Assembly: GCF_016127575.1 (NCBI RefSeq)
Contig: NZ_CP066018.1
Coordinates: forward strand, 2,520,001 to 2,552,000
Length of the DNA: 32,000 bases
Reading direction: 5' to 3'
From: Cupriavidus necator
GTDB taxonomy: Bacteria > Pseudomonadota > Gammaproteobacteria > Burkholderiales > Burkholderiaceae
Position numbers and translations under genes: made by a program. Every line of letters starts with the position of its first letter. Positions within the stretch are counted from its first letter, which is position 1. The notes below the pieces were generated by a model. That model was not told where the DNA came from. It searched no databases and saw nothing but the letters and a program-made list of their open reading frames with translations. This document shows positions 8,353 to 16,251 of this stretch, piece after piece.

Positions 8353-9884
8353 GCGCCGCCAGCCGCGCCATGCGCGCGGGCGCCGCCGGGCTGGGCGCGC
8401 TGCCGGCCATGCTGCATGGCCATGCCGCCGCGGCGCCGGGGCGGCCGGCGTTGCACTACCTGGGCCGCACCTTCACCTACGGCAAGCTGTGGCGGCGCGT
8501 CGAGCGTGCCAGCGCCCACCTGGCAGCGACGTGGGGCATCCGCGCGGGCGACCGCGTCGGCACGCTGTGCCTGAACCACGAGTTGCAGCTGGTGCTGCTG
8601 TTCGCCTGTGCGCGTGTCGGGGCGATGTTCGTGCCGCTGAACTACCGGCTGGCGCCGGCGGAGCTGCGTACCATTGCCGGCCACGCGCAACTGGCCGCGC
8701 TGTTCCATGACGAGCGCCATGCAGGGCTGGCGCAGGAGGCTGGCAGCGGCTGCCAGGTCGCGCATCTCGACCGGCTGATCGACCATCCCGCGCCGTTCGG
8801 CGTGGCCCATGCGCCGGTGCCGGACGATGCGCCGCTGCTGCTGGCCTACACCTCCGGCACCACCGGCAAGCCCAAGGGCGCGGTGCATACGCAGGCCGGG
8901 TTGCTGGCCAATGCGCGCGCCAGCTGGTGGGCGCACGGCATGACCGCGGACGACCACGTGCTGTCGGTGCTGCCGATGTTCCATGTCGGCGGGCTGTGCA
9001 TCCAGACGCTGCCGGCGCTGCTGGCCGGGGCGCAGGTCACGCTGCACGACCGCTTTGCGCCGGACGCCTGGCTCGGCGCGGTCGCGCAGGCGCGGCCGAG
9101 CCTGTCGCTGATGGTGCCGGCCACGCTGCGCGCGGTGCTTGAGCATCCCGGCTGGCCCGGGGCCGACCTGTCGGCGCTGCGCGGCGTGATGGCAGGTTCG
9201 TCGACCATCCCGCTGTCGTATATCGAGGCCTTCCATGCGCGCGGGGTGCCGCTGGGGCAGGTCTATGGCGCGACCGAGACCGGTCCGGTGTCGGTGGTGC
9301 TGAAGCTGCAGGATGCGATGGCCCGGCCTGGCTATGCCGGCTGGCCGCAGCCGGAGGCGCAAGTCCGGCTGGCCGGTCCGGACGGTGCCGAGGTGGCGCC
9401 GGGCGAGGTTGGCGAGCTGTGGGTGCGCGGCGCCAACGTGATGGCTGGCTACTGGAACCAGCCTGATAACGGCCTGCCCGACGGCTGGTTCCATTCCGGC
9501 GACCTCGCGCACCGCGATGCCGGCGGCTGCATCGAAGTCGTCGGCCGCAGCAAGGACATGATCATCTCGGGTGGCGAGAACATCTATCCCGCCGAGATCG
9601 AGAACGTGCTGGCCGGCCTGCCCGGCGTGCAGGAGTGCGCGGTGGTCGGCGTGGCCGATGCGCGCTGGGGCGAGGTGCCGGTGGCGGTGATCGTGCCCGC
9701 GCCGGGCGCGCCGCGCGACGCGCTGGGCGCGGAGCCGCTGCGCGAACTGCTGGCCACGCGCATTGCCCGCTTCAAGTTGCCGCGCGAGGTGGTGCTGCTG
9801 GAGGACCTGCCGCGCAGCGCGCTGGGCAAGGTGCTCAAGCCGCAACTGCGCGCGATGCTGGAGGCGCAGCGCCAGCCTGGCTGA
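8349..9884 (+). CDS. AMP-dependent synthetase/ligase (acyl- or aryl-CoA ligase)
   Basis: 511 aa. The ATG overlaps the upstream stop as ATGA. Motifs are AYTSGTTGKPKGAVHT, GDLAHRDAGGCIEVVGRSKDMIISGGENIYPAEIE and the terminal LPRSALGKVLK. Confidence 0.9.
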   Translation: MSAASRAMRAGAAGLGALPAMLHGHAAAAPGRPALHYLGRTFTYGKLWRRVERASAHLAATWGIRAGDRVGTLCLNHELQLVLLFACARVGAMFVPLNYRLAPAELRTIAGHAQLAALFHDERHAGLAQEAGSGCQVAHLDRLIDHPAPFGVAHAPVPDDAPLLLAYTSGTTGKPKGAVHTQAGLLANARASWWAHGMTADDHVLSVLPMFHVGGLCIQTLPALLAGAQVTLHDRFAPDAWLGAVAQARPSLSLMVPATLRAVLEHPGWPGADLSALRGVMAGSSTIPLSYIEAFHARGVPLGQVYGATETGPVSVVLKLQDAMARPGYAGWPQPEAQVRLAGPDGAEVAPGEVGELWVRGANVMAGYWNQPDNGLPDGWFHSGDLAHRDAGGCIEVVGRSKDMIISGGENIYPAEIENVLAGLPGVQECAVVGVADARWGEVPVAVIVPAPGAPRDALGAEPLRELLATRIARFKLPREVVLLEDLPRSALGKVLKPQLRAMLEAQRQPG

Positions 9885-9962
9885 ATCTGCTGCAAGGGCG
9901 CCAATCTGCGCTTATGCTTGAGGCCGTGACACCACAGACGACAACGCAAGGGGGCGGCGCAA

Positions 9963-10505
9963 ATGGAACATGGACTTGAAACGGCCACGCTGGGGGGCGG
10001 GTGCTTCTGGTGCCTGGAAGCGGTCTACCAGCAGGTCGATGGCGTGGTGGCGGTGGAGTCCGGTTATACCGGCGGGCACGTGGATCACCCGACTTACCAG
10101 CAGGTTTGCGAGGGGGATACCGGGCACGTCGAGGTGGTCCGTGTCACCTTCGATCCGTCGGTGATCAACTATCGCCAGATCCTGGAAATCTTCTTCGCCA
10201 TCCATGACCCGACCACGCCGGACCGGCAGGGCAACGACGTGGGGCCGCAGTACCGGTCGGCGATCTTTACGCATTCGGAGGCGCAACGGGCCACGGCGGA
10301 ATACGTGATGCGGGAGTTGGCTGCCGCCAAGGTCTTTGATGCGCCGATCGTGACGCAGGTCGAGCCGGAGCAACCGTACTGGCGCGCCGAGGCAAGTCAC
10401 CAGAACTACTACCAGGATCATCCGAGCCAGGGGTACTGTGCCTTTGTGATCTCGCCGAAACTGGCCAAGTTTCGAAAGCAGTTTGGGGGCAAGTTGAGGA
10501 AGTAG
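9963..10505 (+). CDS. msrA: Peptide-methionine (S)-S-oxide reductase
   Basis: 180 aa, with an AAGGGGG SD. It has the active-site GGGCFWC motif and HVEVVRVTFDP and GNDVGPQYRSAIF blocks. Confidence 0.95.
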   Translation: MEHGLETATLGGGCFWCLEAVYQQVDGVVAVESGYTGGHVDHPTYQQVCEGDTGHVEVVRVTFDPSVINYRQILEIFFAIHDPTTPDRQGNDVGPQYRSAIFTHSEAQRATAEYVMRELAAAKVFDAPIVTQVEPEQPYWRAEASHQNYYQDHPSQGYCAFVISPKLAKFRKQFGGKLRK

Positions 10506-10517
10506 GGACCGGGCGCT

Positions 10518-10540
10518 GGGTCGGCGCCAAAAGCCGACCC
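10518..10540 (+). terminator. Hairpin GGGTCGGC-gccaaaa-GCCGACCC after msrA (probable terminator)
   Basis: Perfect 8-bp GC-rich stem with a 7-nt loop, 13 nt after the msrA stop. It is followed by TAGTTTCC, a weak T tract. Confidence 0.4.
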
Positions 10541-11265
10541 TAGTTTCCCTGCGCAAACATCGCGTAACCGACCACGGCCGCGGTTTGCGGATCGTCCGCG
10601 AGGTAGTCGAGGTAATCCGAATAGTCCAGGCAGGCTTCGTTGCCGGTATTGATGAACTGGTGGAAGCCCACGTCCATCTGCCTTCCTGTGGCGTAGACGA
10701 TGGCGCAGACGTTGCCGCTCTGGGTCAGCAGGCTCACGGCACCCGGGCCGTCCTGCGGCGGGAACGCGCGGAACGTGGTGGCAAATGCGGTGATGGCGCG
10801 CGTGGTCAGGTTGGCCAGCCCCATGCAGTTGGGTCCGGCGATTGCCATGCCGCTCTCGCGGGCGAAGGCCGCAAGTGCGGCCTGGCGCCCGGCACCAGCT
10901 TCACCGGCCTCGGCAAAGCCCGAGGCGTAGACGATGGCGGCACGGACGCCGCGGGCATGGCAGCGCTGCAACTGCGGCAGCACCTCGTCCGCGCCGAGCT
11001 CCAGCACCGCCACGTCAGGCACCTGCGGCACGGATTCGATATCGGGATAGCACGCCAGGCCGGCGATCTCGGCATAGCGCGGATTGACCGGATACACCTG
11101 ACCCTGGTATCCAAGGCGCTGCAGGTGGTCCAGCGCCACGCCGCCGATGCGGCTGGTATCGCGCGAGGCGCCGACAATGGCTATCGAGGCAGGATCAAGC
11201 AGCTGCGGCAGGGCGGCGCGGCCCGGTGTGCGCGCCGTAGTGGAAAGGGGCATCGTCGTCTCCAT
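10540..11265 (-). pseudogene. Truncated N-terminal fragment of an NDP-forming acyl-CoA synthetase (CoA-binding domain plus part of the CoA-ligase domain)
   Basis: IAIVGASRDTSRIGG, VYPVNPRY and IAGPNCMGLAN are the N-terminal domains of proteins that are normally about 700 aa. The ORF stops after about 240 aa. Its last residues (AMFAQGN) diverge from the family, and its stop codon lies inside the msrA terminator stem. The likely translational start is the second ATG at 11253 (GGAG SD). Confidence 0.6.
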
Positions 11266-11423
11266 CCTTCCTCGGTTGGAAGGTGCCCCGATTCAAGCCG
11301 ATCGCGTGGGTGGGGACAAGCGCATGGCCTCCAGCTGTGCATATTATGCACAAGTGTTCAGGCGGTGATGGCCGTTGCCTGCGGGAGCGGCCTATCGGCC
11401 ACTGTGCACTGCCGGCAAGCGAT

Positions 11424-12476
11424 TCACCGCGCCAGCCTCGCAATGATCGACTCGGCCAGCCGCACGCAACTCAGCGGCGCGCAGCCCTCGGCGTTGTTGC
11501 TGACAATGACGATGGCAGGCTGCCCCGCGCGCAGCGTGCGTACCACCACATCGGCAATGGCATGGCGGGTGTCGGGGTCGTCGTCGACGATGCGGTCGAA
11601 GGGTGCGTACAGCTTTTCCGCGTAGGCGTAGGGCCGGCCCCCATGCAGCATCCAGCGCAGCACCAGCGGGCCTGGCGCTTCCTCGTCCATCAGCGCCTGC
11701 GCCGCGGCCTGGCGCGGCACCGGCGGCAGGCGGTCGCGTGCCGACAGGCAGAAGCGCACCCCGTGGCGGCGCAACAGCCGGATATAGCGTGGCGTCAGCA
11801 GTGCTGGGTCGCGCAGCTCTACCGTGTAGCACGCATGCGGGGTGATCGACGGATCGAGTGCCGGCAGCGCGCCCAGGAAGGCATCGAGCCGCTCCAGGAA
11901 CACGGCGCTGTCGGCCAGCGGACCCATCGGCGACAGCTGGAACAGCAGCGGCCCGCATTTGCTGCCCAGCCCGCTGGTGGCGGGCACGATGAAGTCGCGC
12001 ACCGCGATCTCGGCATCGAGGAAGGCAGCGTTGGCCAGCCGGCCGGCGCCGTCGGAGCCGCGCAGCCAGGCATCGCAGACGCTGGCGGGCGCCTTGACCA
12101 GGAAGCGGAAGCCGTCGGGGACCTGCGCGGCATAGGACAGGTAGTCCGCCAGCGGGATCGGCCCGTAGAAGCCGCGGTCGATGCCGGCGGCACGCAGCAG
12201 CGGATGGCGCGAATATGCGGCCAGGCCCTTGCGTGACAGCAGGCTGTCGCCGTACTCGCCGTCATAGACCAGCCCGTTCCAGCCGGGGTAGGCCCAGGAG
12301 GATGTGCCGAAGTACAGGTTCGATGGCAGCTGCGCGGCGAGCGCGCACAGGGTTTCGTCCGCCTGTGCGGGTTGCACGCTCTTGCCACGCGCAGGTTTGC
12401 CGGAGGGGGCGGCGGGCGGCTCCGCAGGGGCAGGTGGGGCGGGCTGGAGCAGCCCGCCAAAGAGGTCTTCAGTCAA
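11424..12476 (-). CDS. DUF72 (UPF0759, YecE-like) family protein
   Basis: The core YFGTSSWAYPGWNGLVY is typical of DUF72. The track start at 12476 is TTG. An alternative GTG at 12377 would remove a Pro/Ala-rich N-terminal extension. It lies 15 bp downstream of cfa on the same strand. Confidence 0.8.
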   Translation of the reverse strand: MTEDLFGGLLQPAPPAPAEPPAAPSGKPARGKSVQPAQADETLCALAAQLPSNLYFGTSSWAYPGWNGLVYDGEYGDSLLSRKGLAAYSRHPLLRAAGIDRGFYGPIPLADYLSYAAQVPDGFRFLVKAPASVCDAWLRGSDGAGRLANAAFLDAEIAVRDFIVPATSGLGSKCGPLLFQLSPMGPLADSAVFLERLDAFLGALPALDPSITPHACYTVELRDPALLTPRYIRLLRRHGVRFCLSARDRLPPVPRQAAAQALMDEEAPGPLVLRWMLHGGRPYAYAEKLYAPFDRIVDDDPDTRHAIADVVVRTLRAGQPAIVIVSNNAEGCAPLSCVRLAESIIARLAR

Positions 12477-12491
12477 TCGCCGGCGTTGCCT

Positions 12492-13733
12492 TCAGTCGTT
12501 GCGGCCAATGGGTTGGTCGTAGATATAGCGGCGCGACCACGGCAGGGTATCGGCCGGCAGCCCGGCCTTGTGGCAGAGCACCTGGTAGATCGACATCTTC
12601 TCGGTCTCGAAGGCATGTGCGCAGCCGGCCAGGTAGACCCGCCAGATGCGGTATTTCTTCTCGCCGACCAGGCTGCGGATGGTGTCGCCGCGGGCCTCGA
12701 AGTTGTCGGCCCAGTAGTGCAGCGTCTGCGCGTAGTGGCGGCGCAGCAGTTCGACGTCGAAGGCTTCCAGGCCGCCTTGCTGCAGCGTGCGCAGCACCAG
12801 CCCGATATGCGGCAGCTCGCCCTGCGGGAACACATAGCGGTCCATGAACTCGGCGCCGTCCATCGGCGTCGCGCCGTTGTCGGGGTCGGGCGAGGTGATG
12901 CCGTGGTTCATCACATAGCCGTCGTCGGCCAGCAGTTCGCGGATGCGGCTGAAGTAGCCGGGCAGGTTGTCCTTGCCCACATGCTCGAACATGCCGACGC
13001 TGGTGATGCGGTCGAAGGTGCCGGCGGTGTCGCGGTAGTCCTGCAGCCGGATCTCGATGCGGTCGGACAGGCCCGCGGCCCTGACACGTTCGGTGGCCAG
13101 GTCGAACTGGTTTTGCGACAGCGTGATGCCCACGCAGCGCGCACCGAACTTCTGCGCGGCGCGCAGCACCAGCGCGCCCCAGCCGCAGCCGATGTCCAGC
13201 AGCGTCTGGTCAGGCTGCAGCCGGATCTTGGTCAGGATGTGGTCGATCTTCTTGATTTGCGCCGTGGCCAGGTCTTCGTCGCCGTGCTCGAAGTAGGCGC
13301 AGGAGTAGACCATGTTGGGATCGAGCCAGAGCTGGTAGAAGTCGTTGGAGACGTCGTAGTGGTACTGGATCGAGTTCTTGTCTTCCTGCTTGGTATGCGC
13401 GAAGTGCTGCGCCGCCTTGAACAGCGCGCCGCCGGCGCGGTGCGTGGCCGCGGCCGAGAAGCCGTAGGCGACCTTGATGATGTCCGTCAGCCTGCCCTCG
13501 AAGTCGATTTTCTCCTGCACATACGCTTCGCCCAGGTTGTCCAGGCTCGGCGTCAGCAGCAGCGGCAGGGCCGCGGCTTCGCGTACGGTCAGCGTGACAG
13601 CCGGCTTGTCGAAGTGCCCGAGCGGGTATTCGATGCCATTCCACAGCCGCAAGCTGACCGGCAGATTGGCATTCTCTCGCAGGTCGGCGATCCAGTTGTC
13701 GAGTTGCTTTTCCAGGGCTTGCTTGAAAAACAT
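12492..13733 (-). CDS. cfa: Cyclopropane-fatty-acyl-phospholipid synthase (SAM-dependent)
   Basis: The SAM motif LLDIGCGWGAL and the C-terminal YLAGCAHAFE block are present. I use the ATG at 13733 (GGGAGG SD 7 nt upstream) rather than the GTG at 13763 used by the track. Confidence 0.9.
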   Translation of the reverse strand: MFFKQALEKQLDNWIADLRENANLPVSLRLWNGIEYPLGHFDKPAVTLTVREAAALPLLLTPSLDNLGEAYVQEKIDFEGRLTDIIKVAYGFSAAATHRAGGALFKAAQHFAHTKQEDKNSIQYHYDVSNDFYQLWLDPNMVYSCAYFEHGDEDLATAQIKKIDHILTKIRLQPDQTLLDIGCGWGALVLRAAQKFGARCVGITLSQNQFDLATERVRAAGLSDRIEIRLQDYRDTAGTFDRITSVGMFEHVGKDNLPGYFSRIRELLADDGYVMNHGITSPDPDNGATPMDGAEFMDRYVFPQGELPHIGLVLRTLQQGGLEAFDVELLRRHYAQTLHYWADNFEARGDTIRSLVGEKKYRIWRVYLAGCAHAFETEKMSIYQVLCHKAGLPADTLPWSRRYIYDQPIGRND

Positions 13734-13965
13734 GCGCTTTACCTCCCGATGGTTGCGGCACACGCTGCGGCCGACGCATCAGGCAAGGTTGGTACTGAGC
13801 TGGAACCTTGCCCAATCCGTATCGAGCGCTGCAAGAAAAGAGTAACCAAGCGACGCCGGTCTCACTTTAGTCCAATTCCGCAGCTTGTGCAGCGCACCGC
13901 CCAGAAGACCCCACTACCGACCCGTTCGGCGTAGTTGGCGCATGTTCAGGCGCGTGCCAACCGTT

Positions 13966-14604
13966 TCAGGGCGACAGCCGCACGATCTGCCAGTCGCCGC
14001 CGGGTTGCAGGCGGAAGGCAATGCGGTCGTGCAGCCGCGACGGGCGGCCCTGCCAGAACTCCAGCGCGGTCGGCACCAGGCGGTAGCCGCCCCAGTGCGG
14101 CGGGCGCGGCGGGTTTTCGCCGAACTTGCTGCGGTATTCCTGCTCGCGCTGCTCCAGCACGTCGCGGCCGGGCACCTCGCGGCTTTGCGCAGAGGCCCAG
14201 GCGCCCACGCGCGAGCCCAGCGGGCGCGTGGCGAAATAGGCGTCGCTCTCGTCGTCCGAGACTTTCTCGACGCGCCCTTCGACGCGTACCTGGCGCTCCA
14301 GCTGCACCCAGTGGAACAGCAGCGCCGCGCGCGGGTTTGCCGCCAGGTCCAGGCCCTTGCGGCTTTCATAGTTGGTGAAGAAGGTGAAGCCGCGGTCGTC
14401 GATGCCCTTGAGCAGCACGATGCGCGCGGACGGCTGGCCGTCGGCGTCGACCGTGGCCAGGGTCATGGCATTGGGTTCGGGCAGCTTGGCCGTGACCGCC
14501 TCGTCGAACCAGCGTTTGAACTGGCTCATCGGGTCGGGCGCTACGTCGGTTTCGGACAGAGAGCCCAGCACATAGCTACGGCGAAGGTCGGCAAGTTGAG
14601 TCAT
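13966..14604 (-). CDS. pdxH: Pyridoxamine 5'-phosphate oxidase
   Basis: 212 aa from the internal ATG at 14604. Blocks are [35 protein letters not shown] and [16 protein letters not shown]. The 5' extension in the track ORF is Arg-rich and implausible. Confidence 0.95.
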   Translation of the reverse strand: MTQLADLRRSYVLGSLSETDVAPDPMSQFKRWFDEAVTAKLPEPNAMTLATVDADGQPSARIVLLKGIDDRGFTFFTNYESRKGLDLAANPRAALLFHWVQLERQVRVEGRVEKVSDDESDAYFATRPLGSRVGAWASAQSREVPGRDVLEQREQEYRSKFGENPPRPPHWGGYRLVPTALEFWQGRPSRLHDRIAFRLQPGGDWQIVRLSP

Positions 14605-14749
14605 GTCGCAATCATCAGGATATCGGTCGGGATGCGCGGTGCGCCCGGGGGCGGGGGCCGCAGGTCCGGCTGATTCGAGTATAGCGAATGCATCGGGGAT
14701 CGCATTTGCGTGGCGACAAACGTATCGGCAGCGCCACCTGCCGCGGCGG

Positions 14750-15943
14750 CTAAACCGGCGGTGGCAGCGCCTTGCGCCCCTGGCGCCGCGAGTAGTAGCC
14801 GGCCGCGCCCATCGCGCCCGCCATCGACAGGAAGATCGGCAGCATGCCCAGCGCCGTGCCGACCACGCCAAACGTGAGCGGCCACACCACCTGGCTGGTA
14901 TTGAGCACCGCCGAGCGCAGGCCCAGTGCCTCGCCGGCGCGGCCGTGCGGCGACGCCGTGTGCAGGATATTCATGACATTGGGCTGGGCGCTGCCCAGCG
15001 CCAGGCCCAGCACGAAGGCCAGCCCGCACATCAGCCAGAACTGCGTGACCAGGGGGTAGGCCAGGTAGGCCAGCGCTCCCACCAGCAGCGCGCTGCGGAT
15101 GATTTTCCACTCCGAGAGCCGGCGCGACACCGCCGGCATGGCCACGCGGATGGCAAAGGTGGCAATCGCGAAAGCGCCCAGCACCCAGCCGATCGACGAC
15201 GGCGACAGGCCGATGCGCGAGCCCTGGATCGGGATCAGGAAGGCGTGCAGGTCCCATGCGGCGGACAGCACCGCGCTGGCGATAAAGACCGCGCGCAGCT
15301 CGGCATGCTGCAGCAGGTCCAGCGTGGAGTGGCGGCTGCCGTCCTCGATGGCGATGCGCCCGGCATTGCCGCCTTGCGCCGGCAGGCGCGGACGCAGCCA
15401 TTGCAGGCCGGCCTGGCCGACCAGCGCCACCGCCACCAGCACCATGAAGGCGGGACGGAAGCCCGCATGCTCGATAACGTAGCCCATCGCCACCGGCCCG
15501 AGCGTGCCGGACACCGACAGCCCCAGCGCATGCCAGGTGTAGTTGCGCAGCCGGGTCTCGTTGGTGGAGACCTGGCCGATCAGCAGCTGCATCGCCACCT
15601 GGACCAGCATGAAGCCCACGCCGATCAGCGCGCATGACAGGTACAGCGCGCCGAGGTCGTGCCAGAGCGCCGGCAGCAGCGTGCCCGCCACCACCATCAG
15701 CGAGCCCGCGGTCATCGGCTTGCGCGGCCCGATCTCGTCGATGCGCTTGCCGGCGCGGATTGCCAGCAGCATTGGCAGCACCGCATACAGCGACATCAGC
15801 ACGCCGAGTGTGATGGTGGAGGCTTTGAGGGAAATCGCGAACAGCGACACCACCACGCGGCTGGCATTGAAGGCCACGTGGTTGCACACCGTCAGCGCGA
15901 TCAGCCAGGTGATCGGCGGGACGGCGGCGTGCGGCAGCGACAT
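14750..15943 (-). CDS. MFS transporter
   Basis: 397 aa from the ATG at 15943. It has about 12 hydrophobic segments and an MFS loop motif, [17 protein letters not shown], between TM2 and TM3. The GTG-initiated extension to 16069 is Arg/Pro-rich and was rejected. No clear SD, so the start is moderately uncertain. Confidence 0.8.
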   Translation of the reverse strand: MSLPHAAVPPITWLIALTVCNHVAFNASRVVVSLFAISLKASTITLGVLMSLYAVLPMLLAIRAGKRIDEIGPRKPMTAGSLMVVAGTLLPALWHDLGALYLSCALIGVGFMLVQVAMQLLIGQVSTNETRLRNYTWHALGLSVSGTLGPVAMGYVIEHAGFRPAFMVLVAVALVGQAGLQWLRPRLPAQGGNAGRIAIEDGSRHSTLDLLQHAELRAVFIASAVLSAAWDLHAFLIPIQGSRIGLSPSSIGWVLGAFAIATFAIRVAMPAVSRRLSEWKIIRSALLVGALAYLAYPLVTQFWLMCGLAFVLGLALGSAQPNVMNILHTASPHGRAGEALGLRSAVLNTSQVVWPLTFGVVGTALGMLPIFLSMAGAMGAAGYYSRRQGRKALPPPV

Positions 15944-16251
15944 GGGAACGGGGGCTCGCGGTGGCCGCGCTCGTGGCGGCCGGCGGCCGTGCCGAGGCGG
16001 GAAAATAAAGAGGAAACAAAGGGCGGCCGCAGCCGCGCCTTCAGAAGGATGCAGCGGGCGAACCCGCACCGCACCCGATGCTTGCCATGCTTAAACTTCT
16101 TGTAAATGGCCGTTTAATTATGCGCCCGGCGTGGGCGCGGCACAACGGCTGCGTGCGGCAGGATGTCGCAGCGGGGCAAAGTGTTGCGATTTTGCTTCAG
16201 ACAAGGGCGGACATGTGGCCGCCAGGCGACGCGCCATGGTTTGCACGCGCC

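Noticed and set aside
8244-9845. 533-aa minus-strand ORF
   Set aside because: It is antisense to the AMP-dependent ligase, which has all the canonical motifs. The composition is dominated by Arg/Ala/Gly/His/Gln, with no start context.
12459-12476. N-terminal EDLFGG of the DUF72 ORF as a possible beta-clamp-binding motif (QL[SD]LF-like)
   Set aside because: It depends entirely on an unverified TTG start. The match to the clamp motif is loose, and I know of no evidence linking DUF72 to the replisome.
12372-13934. 520-aa plus-strand ORF
   Set aside because: It is antisense to cfa, whose SAM motif is present, and to DUF72. It is a low-complexity, Arg/Val/Ala-rich GC artefact.
14678-14683. TATACT -10-like hexamer (minus strand) 74 nt upstream of pdxH, next to an imperfect hairpin GCGAATGC...GCATTTGC
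   Set aside because: I could not find an acceptable -35 element at 16-18 nt spacing, and the hairpin has a mismatch. This is too weak to report as a promoter feature.
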